In this document: positions 50,001 to 63,332 of the stretch, one piece after another
Position numbering within the stretch: the first letter of the stretch is position 1
Layout of the letters: each line of letters begins with the position of its first letter
Assembly (NCBI RefSeq): GCF_004010195.1
Contig: NC_057719.1
Span: 23,670,313 to 23,734,312, forward strand
Length of the DNA: 64,000 bases
Origin: Chiloscyllium plagiosum
Lineage: Eukaryota
Reading direction: 5' to 3'
Made by a program: the position numbers and the translations under genes
The notes under the pieces: generated by a model
Database searches by the model: none
Told to the model about the DNA's origin: nothing
Seen by the model: the letters and a program-made list of their open reading frames with translations, nothing else

Positions 50001-50654
50001 CCATTTAATATCAGCAATAAAAGTTGTAGCTATTTTGAGAACTTAAGACCATGGGAGGTTATGTAATTGTCCGTCAGTACCAAATTAAAAATTACTGGAA
50101 CTTAATAAAAGCTGCATAAAATTGTAACATGCATTTTGATCCTCCTAGTTGATGGCAGTTTCATAAGATGTCAGCCCTAATTATATTTCAGTAAGTACAA
50201 TGCATTGAATATCATCTTTAACCCATCTACCAGCCGTAATAATAATTCAAGCACATCCACTGGAAATAAAGAGAAAAATATTTTGTACATCTTTGTCCTA
50301 TTTGCTTCATTAGTATCTTTATGTCCATCTCTTTTTTTAAAAAACAAATCTTGATCAAACGTTGAACTCGTGACAATGGTATTGTAGATTTTTGGAAAGC
50401 CAGGAATCTTTCTGGAATACCATCGGAGTTGAAACAGAGACAGAGAATCAACTGGTAAGTGAAAAGCAATAATATCACATAAAATCAGCCCCGCTGAGTC
50501 TTACAAAGCCTTTGGTAACTCTAGCAAACTGATGGAACCGAATGCAAGCTTCCCACTGTTGAATGAGGCCAATAGTTTTATATGTCTCTGACGCTATTAG
50601 TACAGGCTCAGGTATTTCCAAGGAAAAGGTGAAGAGAGATCATAAAATCGCCAC

Positions 50655-50921
50655 AGTGTGGAGACAGGCCATTCAACCCAACATTTCCACACCAACTCCC
50701 CAAAGAGTAACCCATCCAGGCTCAATCGTTACCCTATCCCTCTGCATTTCTTACAGCTAATTCCACCTAACCTACACACCTTTGGACTGTGGGAGGAAAT
50801 TCACATAGACACAGGGAGAATGTGCAAACTCCACACAGACATTCATCTGAGGCAGGAATTGAACCCAGATCCCTGGTGCTGTGAGGCAACAGTGCTAACC
50901 ACTGAGCTTTTGTGCCACCCC
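50655..50921 (-). mobile_element. HE1-like V-SINE
   Basis: cagtgtggagacaggcc...ggaattgaacccag...gtgctaaccactgag. Confidence 0.9.
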
Positions 50922-51361
50922 CGAATAGACTGTGCTGGGTTTTAAGTGGAGCTTAACATCATCATGGCATTAATAGAACCAAGCAGCACAATTACTACTA
51001 GTGTAAAGCATTTGGTATAAAATCTGGCATAGGTTAAATAGTTCTTTGACCTAAATTCAAAAGGGTGAAAAAAATCTTTGCACTATCCAAGTAGAGAGAA
51101 AATTTAACTATGCAGCGAATAATACATCATTTATTTAAAATGGTCTTATCATACTCTATCTTCTCAAGAACACTGTTGTGGTTTTAAAAATAACTGGAAA
51201 TAATTGAAAATGATTGATAATTTGCAAGCTGCAAACTTGATTTAAATCAATTATAAAAGGAAATCTGGCATAAAATAGGAATTAATTATTTAGGTCATAA
51301 AGAAAGCATGTAACGTGGGTGTTATATACTTCCGAACATGACACATTTCAAGGTTTTGCAC

Positions 51362-51760
51362 CAATCCAGATGCCTTTTGAATGTTGTAATTGTACCAGCC
51401 TCCACCAACTCCTCTGGCAGCTCGTTCCATACACACGTCACCCTCTGCGTGAAAAGGTTGTATCTCAGGTAATTTTTAAATGCTTCCTCTCTCACCATAA
51501 ACTTATGTCCTCTAGGTTTGGATTCCCCTACCCTGGGAAAAAGGACTTTCATGATTTTATAAACCTCTATAAGGTCACCTCCTCAGCCTCTGTCACTCCA
51601 GGGAAAATCGCCCCAGCCTATTCAGCTTACTCACTCAGGAGACCTCCTGTGGTGTAAAATTCCAAGCAGTGGAATGTGGTGAAAAAACCTCTATAAGGTC
51701 ACCTCCTCAGCCTCTGTCACTCCAGGGAAAATCGCCCCAGCCTATTCAGCTTACTCACTC
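51362..51760 (-). mobile_element. CR1 3' fragment
   Basis: ORF FTQRVTCVWNELPEELVEAGTITTFKRHLD. Confidence 0.9.
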
Positions 51761-51771
51761 AGGAGACCTCC
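51561..51771 (+). repeat. Perfect 87-bp direct repeat with a 37-bp spacer
   Basis: 51561-51647 equals 51685-51771. Confidence 0.95.
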
Positions 51772-51919
51772 CCACCCACACCAAAAGTAACAGCTGTGCC
51801 AACCACTTTCATCTGCCTTAGTATCTGCCCTTCTCACATTCCAGGAGGAAAATAGGCCCTGATGAGGTGGAATAATAGGTAACAGCACAATGAGTTTGAG
51901 GTGTGAGCTGACTACTTAT

Positions 51920-54175
51920 GGGGAATGTTACTTAAAGGGATGACTGTGGAATAGCCAATGGCAAACATTTAAAGAGTGCATGGACAAACTAAAACAATAG
52001 TTCATTTCAGTTTAACACAAAAAGCAAAACATGAAATGTGGCCCAACCGTGGCTGACCAAGGGAAGTTAATGATAGTATTAGCTCCAAGGAAGGAACGTA
52101 AAAATTGGCCTCAAAAAATAGCAGATCTAAGGATTGTTTTGTAATTTAATCAATTCACAGGATATGTGCAATGTGGGCTGGGCCAGCATTTATTGCTCAT
52201 CACTAATTGCCCAGAGGGCTCCTAAGAGTCACCCACATTGCTGTGGGTCTGGAGTCACATATAGACCAGTCCAGATGAGGACAGCAGTTTCTTTCCTTAA
52301 AGGACGTTAGGAAAATAAATGTGTTTTCTCCAACAATCAACAGTAATTTTATGGTCATCATTAGAATCTCAACTCTAGAATTTTATTAAACTCAAATTCC
52401 GTCATCTGCTATGACAGCATTCAAACTCCAAACTCCCAACTCCAGAACTTTGTCTGGACTTTTAGATTAATAGATAATGCCACTCAGCCATTCCCTCCCA
52501 AGGAGATGAGATTGAGGGCAGTTTCAATTTCAGCAAAAGGTTTGATTAAGAGGGGGAAATAGATTATAAGAATAAGCTAGCAGGAAACATATAAACTGAT
52601 TGGAAAAGTTTCAGTGGGTAAGTGAAAGGAAAAAGATTAGTAACGCAAATTACAATTAGAAACAGGGAAAGTTATAATGGGGAACAAAGAGATCATAGCC
52701 CAATTAAATGCACATTTTGGTTCTGTCTTCACAAAGGAGGGCACAGATAAAGTCTCAAAAATGTTAGGAACACAGAGTCTACAGAACAGAAGGAACTGAA
52801 GGAATTCTGTATTCATAGGGAAATGATGTTAAACAAATTGATGAGATTATATCTGGATAAATTCCCATAGCTTAATAAACTCTATCCCAGAGTATTTACA
52901 GAAATGGTCCTAGAAATAATGGATTCATTGGTTGTAACCTTTCAATATTCTGTAGACTCCACAGCAGTTCCTATGGATTGGAAGGTGGTTAATGTGACCC
53001 CACTATTTACAAAAGGAGGTAGATGAAAATTATAGACTGTTTGGTCTGACAGCAGTAGCAAGGAAAACATTAGAGTGCATTATAAAAGATTTATTACCAA
53101 GGCCAGAAAATAATGTCAGGATTATACAAAGTCAGCAGGAATTTTCATGCCTGATAAATCTGAAACTTTTTGAGAATGTAACCAGTAGAATTGATAAGGG
53201 GGAGCCAGTAGATCTGGCTTACTTGGACTTTCAGAAGGCTTTCAATAAGGTCCCAGATAAGAGATTAAGATGTAGGATTAAAGCATATTGAATTGGGAGT
53301 ATTGTACAGACATGGACAGAGAACCAGCTGGCAGACAGGAAGCAAAGAGTAGGAATAAAGGGGTTTTTTTCAGAGTGGCAGCCAGTGACTAGTGAGGTAC
53401 TACAAGGATCAGAGCTTGGATCCTAGCTAGTCACAATTTATATTATTGATCAAGATGAGGGAAGTAAATGTAATATCTCCAGGTTTGCAGGCGTAGGAGG
53501 GTGAACTGTGAGGAAGATGCTGAGATGCTGCTGCTTGAGTTGGACACGTTCAGTGAATGGACAATGCATGGCAGATGAAGTATAATGTGGATAAATGTGA
53601 GTTTATTCATAGTAAGAGGATTTGACGTTAGAAAAAGCGGTATCTTGCTGCAAGATATCATACAATAGCAATTTCACTGAGCCTTGCTGAGACCAGACTT
53701 GGTTCTATTCTTATCTGAGGAAGGATGCTTTGGTCATGGACAGTGTGCAGTAAAGGTTTACCACGCTGATTCCTATAGCAGGACTGACATATGTAGAGAG
53801 ACTAGATCGGTTAGGATGATATTCACTGGAGTTTAGAAGAATGAGAAGGGAATCTCTTGGAAATCTATAAAATTCTAACAGGATTAGATCGGACAAATGC
53901 AAACAAAATCTTCCCAGTGACAGGGGAGTCCAGGATAAAGGGTCTAAGGATGTGGGCTGGGCCATTATGACTGAGAGGAGGAGAAATTTCTTCATCCAGA
54001 GAGTGGTAAGCCTGTGGAATTCTCTGCCACAGAAAGAGGTTAAGGCTAAATCATTGAATGTTTCCAAGAAAGAGTTCAAAGTGGTTCTTAAGGCTAAAGA
54101 GATCAAAGGATATGGGGAGAAAGTAGAAGCAAGGTACTGCATTGAATAATCAGCCCTGACCATATTGACTGAAAT
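51920..54175 (+). mobile_element. Decayed CR1 LINE with SINE B nested at about 52140-52500 (minus strand)
   Basis: DWKVVNVTPLFTKG, LDFQKAFNKVP, FFIQRVVSLWNSLPQ motifs. Confidence 0.9.
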
Positions 54176-55529
54176 AAAGATTGGGACAATAAAAACAAAC
54201 AGGAACGTCATTTGATTATCCTGTCAAAGTTATAGGATTCTATGTCATTGCCCTCTCATTCTTCTAACCTCCAGTGAATAAAGTCCTAACCGATTCAGCA
54301 ATCATTCTGGCAAACCTTTGTTGCACTCCCTTCAAAGCCAGAACATCCTTCCTAAGATCAATCTTACCAAAGCCCTGTACAACTGCAACAAGGCATCACT
54401 GCTCCTACACTCGAATCCTCTTCCCTTTGTAACTGGCTGCAAGTTGCAGACCTTTCTTAAACAGCACAGTCTTCAAATGTGAATTCTATTTTACTGGCAT
54501 TCATGCAGTCCCTTTTGTGTATAGGACTGTAAGGAAGACCGAAGATTTGTTCAGAAATGAAGCCCATCTCAGCTTCAATCCACACATCACACTGAATAGT
54601 AACATGCTAGCTCCCATGTCCAAATTAGTAGGAACTCAAAAATGAAAAATAAAAGTAAATTCATTTTGTTTTAGGTGTGGGATTGCATATATTTTATTTC
54701 CAGTTATGAGTAATATTTGAGTCAACAGGAAAAGTTAAAAACAAGCAACATCAATGTTATTTCCTTCTAAACAGCTGCCTTTATTACTTATAATTAACTC
54801 AATTATTTTATTTACAATTTACAATCAGCCCAGTAAATGAAAAACAGATGGCTTCATTGCTGGAGAAATAGTGTTGAATCTGTGACATTGACATATTGAT
54901 CAATCAAAACATAGGATTCTCCAAAGAATTAACAATAAATATATATAAATGAACCAATGGTAGTAAGCATGCTGGCAATGACTGAAATTTCATGTTCCTC
55001 AAGGTTTATCGCAAAATAAAAATTGAGACTCATCAGCGCAAATGTATCTTCTTTACTGATGTGCAGAAATGCTAAGATAAACATCAAAGAAGATAACATC
55101 CTATAACCTTGGGATAATTTTTAATCCCCCTTGAAGGGCAACAGAGCATCAGGTAGAGGTTTAAAGCAGAAAAGCGGCAGAAGGCAGCTTACCCCCATCT
55201 TCTCCAGGCAATGAGGAATCAGCAATACATCGAACACAGTCAGCAACACCCGCATCCCATGAATGAATAAAACTAATTGACATCTGACTCCAAAGTGCTG
55301 CAAACTCCAATTTAACTGAGAGGTGTCTGAAGAGTCCATGGAACCCTTGAGAGGTGATCAGCTTTATAATATTCAACAATATAAAAAGAAGCCCTCTATC
55401 ATAAATTTTGAATTAAATGACTGCAAGATTTTTTTTGTCCCACAGAATGGGGAACCTGGCTGCTAAAGGGATGCAGTAGTAGTCATATCTACAAGGTAAG
55501 TGCATTTTATAGAACTGGTTATGGCAATA

Positions 55530-55657
55530 TGGCCTCATTCCTGATGAAGGGCTTAGGCCCAAAACGTCGATCCTCCTGCTTTTCGGATGCTACCTAACCT
55601 GCTGTGTTTTTCCAGCACCACACTCTCAACTCCAGCATCTGCAGTCCTCATTTTCTC
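55530..55657 (+). mobile_element. PLE-derived hammerhead monomer
   Basis: ctgatgaagggcttaggcccaaaacgtcga...tccagcatctgcagtcctcattttctc; 15-bp TSD ctggtt(a/g)tggcaata at 55515 and 55658. Confidence 0.88.
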
Positions 55658-55659
55658 CT

Positions 55660-56045
55660 GGTTGTGGCAATAACAGAGTTATGGTTATGGTGCTGGACAT
55701 GTAATCCAGGTGTCTCGAGTAAATTCCAGAGACATGAGTTCAAATCCCATAATGGCAACGGAAGACTGTTTGAATTCAATCCATTTTAAAAAACTGGAAT
55801 TAAAAAGCTAGTAACTGTAATAACAATCATGAAACTACATCTGGCTCACAAATACTCGTGAATGTGGGAGATCTACCATCCTTACCTGGTCTGGTTTATA
55901 TGTGAATCCAGTCCTAGAGCAATGTGGTCAAACTGTATAAGTGCCTTCTGAAATGCCCTCACAACCACTTTAACAAGAGAAATTAGGAATGGGTAATAAA
56001 TGCTGGCATTGCCCATGGTACCCACATTGTATGAATGAACACAGT
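55660..56045 (+). mobile_element. SINE family B
   Basis: gagttcaaatccc B box, ccatccttacctggtctgg core, gggtaataaatgctggc tail. Confidence 0.85.
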
Positions 56046-58079
56046 AAAAAACTTGACTGACATGTGATCACTTATGATCTCCAGATCAGCTTCATAATCA
56101 TGAGATTACCCAAATTCTCTCTGTGATCCACAGACTCAATCCTACCTCAGACTGTCTCATATCTTATCTTTGTCTTTTTAAAGCGATTAGACAAAAATTC
56201 ACCCCTCAAGACCTATTGTCGGACGTTCAGACCCTGCACCACAGTCTGTCCTCTTCATTCTTGCTGTCCACGTGGTTTTCAAATATCCCGGAATGCTTGG
56301 CACCCAGTTGTGTGATCACCGCCATATAACCTTTCCTATTCCATCCTCCACAATCTCTTCCTCACTCCCTCATTTGCTGCTCACTCTAATTCACACCCTA
56401 ACTATCCCTGCCCATCCTGGTTGCATCTCCTTGAATTATTAGAGTAAATCTCTGCATCTCCTCACTGTGAACTGCTTTTGCTGGCTTTCGCAGTCAGCAG
56501 ACAGATGCCTCTCAATCTGGCCAGCAGCTGGACGGGAACAGCAGATTAACAGAGTGAACGAATGCTAATAAACTCCTGCTTTCGCATATGGCAAGACCTC
56601 TGCCTTACCTGCTCATCAAGGTTGAAGCATTGTGCCAGTTGCTGTTTAAAGATTGGCATCCTTAGTAATAAAAACTGCACAGTTACTTTTACACTAAATA
56701 GTTGAATTCAAACTTAACTAATATTTGTTTCATTTGGGGCAACTAATTTAGTTTGTCATGAATTGAATTAGAAATTATACGAACAAAATTGATTGTAATT
56801 TCTAACGAAATTGCCCCTTTAACATTGCTCCAAGATCAAAGCTGACACTTTTCTACAGAGATTTCCTTTTAATTGTTTCTGGGTTGTTGTAAAACTCATG
56901 TACTGCATAGGATTATATTGCTAGGTTCTCTTTAAATCTCAGAGAATAACATGTTCTACATCACAATTACTCGGCAGGAATATCAGAGAAAACAAGCCAA
57001 AATCATTTTGACCTTGTGCTCATGTCATGAGTGCAAATAAAAGACTCATCTTTGCCATAAACAACAGAAGAATATGATGACGGGACTCGAAATCTTGTGG
57101 TCTGTTGCTCAGTGTTACCTTTCATGACTTCCTAAATGTCAAGTTTCCAATTTTGGCTACAGCAAAAAAACACAGGGCAACTCAGTCTAGCATCAACTTT
57201 GCACTGACTATAACGGAATCAAATTGCCAGAGCTTTACATCTGCAGTGTAAGGTTGAGATAAGATGCAAGTTGAAATCACATAAATGTGGAGAGGTCACA
57301 AAGTCCGAACGACTCAAAAGAGCCAAGTGCTGGGTGGTTGTGTATCATAATTCTCACATTTCAAACAAAAAGGGCTAAACTAATATACACTTCACAGACC
57401 TGAAGGCTACGAGAACCCATCAGTGGTTGGCAGCAGCCTAGCTCTTCTCAAATTCAATCAATTGTTTATTATTAGATTCCATTCTCTCACTGTTGTTTGA
57501 TTTGCTGAGTTAATTTCACATTGTTTACTCACACATAAATATAATTCTGCCACTACTGCAATTCTGTAAATGACCTACTAGTCTCTGTCATTTATCTTTC
57601 ATTATCTAATGATCCATAACAATCATCTGGAATGATAACAAATGGACAAATTTTACCACAATTGGCTAAATGTTACTTTCAGGGAGTTTCATGAGGGGTT
57701 TCTCTCCAAGACTTGCATTGAGTTTTCGCACAAAATTCACCACAGCTTACCTCATTAGCTATGCCCCACGTCTCTGTGTGCTCAGCAATAGTGGAAGTAC
57801 AAAGCACTGTCAGGACCTCCTGGGATTGCCACGGAGGTCATTTTTAAAAGCAAGCACTGCCAGCCAAGAGCTGCCCATCATAGTACATGTAGTAGGAGAA
57901 AAATTAAAACTAAATGTTTCTGAGGAGCATGTTGGTGGCAAGGATACATTTTATTGCAAATAACAAATTGATTTTCAGAGATGTTTACTATTTTACATAG
58001 TCAATCAGAGAGGTGACTGTCATTGCAACTGCAGCTATAAGCACCAGATTGCATTATTGTACTATTTACATTATGAGAA

Positions 58080-58320
58080 TGATTGCTCAGAATAAGGGCT
58101 ACGCTCTACAAGCATGCCTGATAAGCCCATTACACAATCTTCTGACTGAAACCAAGTGTAGATACAATGCAGCCCATTCTTCTGCCAGGCCCATCGTGGA
58201 GCAGACAATAAGCCTCCAGAAGATGAGCATCCAATGCTTGTGTCAGTCTGGGGGGGATCATTGCAGTGCACTCCAAAGTATGCAGCAAAATCTTTGAATG
58301 CCATGCTTTGCACAACTGGT
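58080..58320 (+). pseudogene. Harbinger DDE transposase C-terminal remnant
   Basis: NKGYALQACLISP...RYNAAHSSARPIVEQTISLQKMSIQCL..SGG, then HN after a frameshift; cf. GDxGYPL / YNxAHxxTRxxVE / LHN. Confidence 0.85.
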
Positions 58321-58647
58321 AGGTAAAAAGGGGGCGTGATGCAGCAGCAACAACTTTCCAAGGAAATGTGATCAGGAGGAACCATTAGTTTCACAATGAT
58401 ACAGTATTGTGATGTTGGGTGTAACAGATCTTCCGACAGTTGTGATGCGAGTGAAACATCATTTATTGCATTGAGATTTGTTATTATTCAAAAGGCAAGC
58501 TGCCCCTATTTAGTCCCAAAAGTCAATGCACCTTTTTTGTTTGTTGTTTCTTCACCTTTTCTATTGTTTAATAAAAGTTAATGTTCTCAACTGTTTTGAA
58601 ACTTTACAACATGTGATGCCCCCATATGCAATAATGGTAGGCAAGCA

Positions 58648-58725
58648 AGAGGCTGGAAGGACACAGTAAGCCTGGCAGCATCAGGAGGTAGAAAAGTTAA
58701 CGTTTTGTGTATAACCTTCCTTCAT
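58648..58725 (-). mobile_element. Decayed PLE-derived monomer inside the Harbinger element
   Basis: gctggaaggacacag...ggcagcatc...aacgtttt...cttcat. Confidence 0.6.
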
Positions 58726-59786
58726 ATTCAACAAAGCAAGAAATTATACTATGTGAGACATCAGGGAAAAGAGTATAACTCCTTCACAAAGAGTTCTAAT
58801 ATGATATGGTGCTAAGGACCAGCCTCCATAGCTTCATTCTTCTAGTTGCAGTTACAATGTCAGTCAGTCAGATAGGTGATGTAAAAAGGCAATAAATTTA
58901 TTAATGGGATCTCTATATCAAACAAAAGATGTCCATTTTGCGATTACCTGCCCTCAGAAGTTTTTGAATCTCATTTCCTTCCCACCATATGTGCTGGGAA
59001 GGTTCACTCCTGGTCAGCAATATGTGACCGAGTGCACAGTGGGGATATAAATGTGATGCCAGATGCATAAGCGCTAGAAGCTCCGACAAAGACAGGCACT
59101 TTTGCCTCTGGCGAGTGGCTATCCAATGCCATAGATGCTTTGTGCATGCATAATGAGATGAGCAGGGGAGAACTGCATGAGATAACTTTCCAGAGTTACA
59201 AAGAGAAATCCTCCAAAATTGAAATTTGGCCAATTTTTGGTAAAATTCTGCCCATTGTTACTCTTCCAATTTCAAAGATGCCCATTGTAGCTGCATAGGA
59301 TTTTCTGATTCTGGAGCTCACCTCAATGCCCAAGAAATCAGAAATCCCTCTTTCTACATTGCCTGGTGGGTTATGCATTACTATGGATAACCCATGGTCT
59401 AATAGGAGTAATTTTATAGTGTTCATCTTGGAGCTCCAATCTTTTTGTGTTTGCTACCACCAATTCCACAACTTATTTTGAAAAATATCATTGTGGGTTT
59501 TTTCCCCCCTTTTCCATTAACATTGATGTGAATCACATCCTGCCGTTCCTTTCCAGAATATTTATGGCTATTCCTTTATGTCCCTTAGTCTTGCTCCTGG
59601 AAGGAAGAAACCATTCTGAACTTACTGACAAGATTTCAGAGAAGACTACCTCATTATTTAACCACATGTAACTAATCTGTCATTTTTCTTTAATGTTGTG
59701 ACTTCTCTTACCTTCTACAAATCACCGCACTTCCCAACAAGTTAAGTACGTCTGTCGTATCAGGAAGCAGTGATGTTGTCTGATAT

Positions 59787-60230
59787 TTATAAGGATGTTG
59801 CTGGGACTGAAGGATTTGAGCTTTCAGGAGAGGCTGAGTAGGCTGGGGCTATTTTCTCTGGAGCGTCGGAAGCTGAGGACTGACGTTAGGAAGGTTTATG
59901 AAGTCATGAGGAGCATGGATAGGGTGAAAAGCCAAGGTTTCCCCAGGTTAGGGGAGTCCAAAACTAGTCGACAGAGGTTTAAGGTGAAAGGGATCTATGG
60001 GGGAACTTTTTCATGCAGAGTGTGTATGAAACAAGCTGCCAGAGGAGGTGGTGGAGACTGGTACAACTGTATTTAAAAAACATCTGGATGGTTACATGAA
60101 TAGGAAGGATTTAGAGGAATATGTACCAAATGCTGGCAAATGGAATTAGATTAATTTAGGAAATCTGGTCAACGTGAATGAGTTGGACCAAAAGGTCTGT
60201 TTCCAAATTGCAAAACCTCTATCACTCTAT
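59787..60230 (+). mobile_element. CR1 (HER1-like) 3' end
   Basis: ORF LKDLSFQERLSRLGLFSLERRKLR; tail gagttggaccaaaaggtctgtttcc. Confidence 0.9.
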
Positions 60231-63200
60231 TACTGTACTTGCCTTCACTTGTCTGAATCATTGGAATCCAACATCTAACCTTTTAAAGTTCAACCTGCTG
60301 AATGGGCAGAAAATCTGCCTCAGTGTATCTCTCCATCCGTGCTATTATCATGACTAGTGGTGTCAGCTTCCTTGTAACCACCAACTCAAGGCTGTTAAAG
60401 GTATCTAGAGACAGCTCTGCTAGCAAAGTTCATTAAATTTTATGAAGAAGAATATCACCCAGTTATTTTCTGTAATATCTATCCTTTAAGGTTGAATTTT
60501 TTTTTAAAGTGTTGTGCTGCAACTAGCCAATATTGGACAGCAGCTAGCAATAAGAGCCAAACTCCTTAATAAGAAGAGGAATGCTTGCAATTTGCTTTTA
60601 TTCCTCAAGAGACAAATTTCAGGACTTTTCATGCAAGTAATTGAGTCTAGATAAGAGAGGCTGGAGTTAAAGAATTTTCTACATCTCTTTGATGATACCT
60701 CTGGGGAAGCAGAATGAGCTTCATCGAGTGCAGCGAGTGCTGCTGAGATGTTTCATTACTCTGAGTGGAGACACAGTTTGGAAAATAACAAACTTTGGAC
60801 ATATATTTTGGGTGGCATTTGCTAGATAAAGCGAGATTGTATTAAAGAGATAAAGGAATAAAAAAGGTGCATCATAGAATGTCATCACTGAAAATTTACG
60901 ACAAGTAGAGATGCTAGCAGCCTCGCATTCATAAACATAAAAGTTCTAAATGTCTGCAGAAGCACCCGTGTGACTGCTTATGGTATTCGGAGGAGCCCCT
61001 ATGTTATAAGGTAGGCACATCACACTACGTAAATCAGGATGGGTAGGATATTATCAAGCCCTGAATGATGTGGGTTAAGATGAGATATGTAACACAGGCT
61101 GGTAACTCACTCTTGTCTCATCAAATGATTGCTCAACATCAAGACCGATTCTAATAGGCATTACTCTTCATCTCCATGACAGCAGTTGGAACCCACACAT
61201 GTATAAAACACAGGAGAGGGTCTCAAATGCCTTGGTGGAATTCCAAACCATTCCCCTTGAGGAGTTTCATTTTTACAGCGACTTCCAACAGTCCTGTCCA
61301 GGAATATCTTAGAACTGAATAGACTCCATCCAACAGCATCTGAAAATTTGGCTCAGGACTCCAACTCGTATATTTCAGACCCACCTCTCTGAAAATTGCA
61401 TGTGGCAGGATTTGGATAAATCTCAGTGAAATGGATGAAGTACCCCCAGGCTATAACCTGAGATTTCCCAACAATGACTGGGTGATAAGATTTGTCTTAT
61501 TGCACTATCTTTAAGCTGGTAAGGTGCCAGCCCCTTTAACACAACAATATTTAATTGATATTAAGTAAACACATGATGGTTCCATATACGAATCAATTGA
61601 AGGTTGGATGTACTATGCAGCTAGAAATAGTATTCACTCAGCTGTAATATGTATCACAAAGTCTTCTTCAGTAGACCATTTCTCTAAGTTGAAAGAAGGC
61701 ACATTGCCATGATAACTTGATTACTTGAAGTTTGGACATGTGAACCATACACAGATTACATCTGTCATTGTAATTTGATAACTAGAAAGGCCTGAAATGT
61801 CACTTCCTTGACATATCCAATATATCTAAAATACAACCGTTAAAAATAATGCTTTTTCTTCACCCCAGCATGACCCCCAAGTCCTTACTGAGGAAAGGTA
61901 GTCAAAAACACATCCAAAATGCATCTAATGTGGAACACTTAACATCTTTAGAGCTGAAGAGGGGAAATGGGAGTCTTGTAGCAGATGTCAAAACAATAGA
62001 TTCTTGTACTCAGAAACTGAAAATATTTGAATGCTAAAGCCAACAAAAATTAAGCTCTTTACGATATATTTTAAGCCTAATTTTAAGTACATTTATTATT
62101 ATTTCTAGTCTCATAAAATCCTTTTAAGTCAATGTTGAAGATTACCTTATGAAAGGATGTTTTATGTTCAACAATAATAATGGAGGAATCAGATGCAAGA
62201 CTTCAGCATATTAACACTGACTATTTAAAGTGCGGGCATAGAACAAAGCTAAGTTTAGAAAATCACCTGACAAAGGTGATATGTCTGGATTTCTCCCCAC
62301 CTCCTTCCCCACTTAGTAAGGTCATCACTGACAACAAAGCCTAGAAGGTTATGCTTTGTATTACTTTGTGCTGAATTCTGCAACATCTCCACCATTTGCA
62401 GTTTTTTGCTTTCCTGCTTGCTGCTTCTTTTTTGCCTCTCTATTTCTCTTTTATGCCTCATTCTTACATCCATCTTTATTTAATGATAGTGCACATCACA
62501 TGTATTATTCATTATGCCTAATCTTACAGACAAGGGAACAGAAGATGTTACTTAACTTCACTCATAAACATTTCACAATATTTTTAGTATGCACTTGAAT
62601 TCCATGAGGTTGACCCATCTACTGCTGTAAACATAAATCCTTTTGGTTCTTTCTGTCATTATCTGCTGACAAAATAATTTAATATATCCTTGGCTACTGA
62701 ATACCCATCCAATTTGCTTACATTATGTATCGTGTTTGTTCCTGTTCATTTCAAGCAAGACATCACGGAATACAAGTCTTCTCGAACAGATGTATAAAAG
62801 CATTGACATCCCATAACCTAACCCTATTCCATTGAAATTGTGCCACTGATTGTTGTATTGAAGACCTTAGCTGGGTTGATTAAAGCTTCAATTCTCATCT
62901 CTGCAAAATAATAGCTCAGAAATCTGGCTTTGCCCTCAATCATCACAGGTGCATTCACAAAGGTAAATAGATACTTTTTACATATTTCTGCACAATACTG
63001 TTAATCTAGCAAATTACAATTTACAAACTAGTTTATTGAAAACAACCCTGGCCTCATTTTGGAATTCAGTTTATTCTGCTCATTGCTATAATACAAGTTT
63101 GCTCCTTTCAGTGTGTTAATTATACACAACACAGATAAAGGATGAAAACAGAGTCACCGGCAATGTTCCCACTAATGTTTTAAGTTTAGTATGCAGGCAA

Positions 63201-63332
63201 CTGTTTGAGTGCATGATTCCTTTAAATTGGTTAAATGGCACATCGTGGATAAATGGTAATTTAAAGGTGCTTGGTGTGTGTTTTCTCTCCAGCAGGCTAT
63301 TTTATCTGATGTGATAATCCCATGCTATTCCC

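Larger units (their letters stand above)
57641..59256. mobile_element. PIF/Harbinger DNA transposon, internally deleted, both TIRs present
   Basis: Left aatggacaaattttaccacaattggctaaat versus the reverse complement of the right end, aatgggcagaattttaccaaaaattggccaaat. Confidence 0.85.

Noticed and set aside
51561..51771. Repeat-spacer-repeat resembling CRISPR
   Set aside because: Only two copies, 87 bp long, derived from CR1, with no cas genes and in a eukaryotic context
44356..55495. Selenoprotein formed by chaining three plus-strand exon candidates through an in-frame TGA
   Set aside because: No recognisable selenoprotein motif, no SECIS identified, and the exons are unverified
61040..61500. 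Possible Harbinger-type MITE (also 48905-49610)
   Set aside because: The putative TIRs are too degenerate to support
60240..63300. Repeat-poor tract as a conserved enhancer region
   Set aside because: Conservation cannot be judged from a single sequence, and I found no distinctive structure
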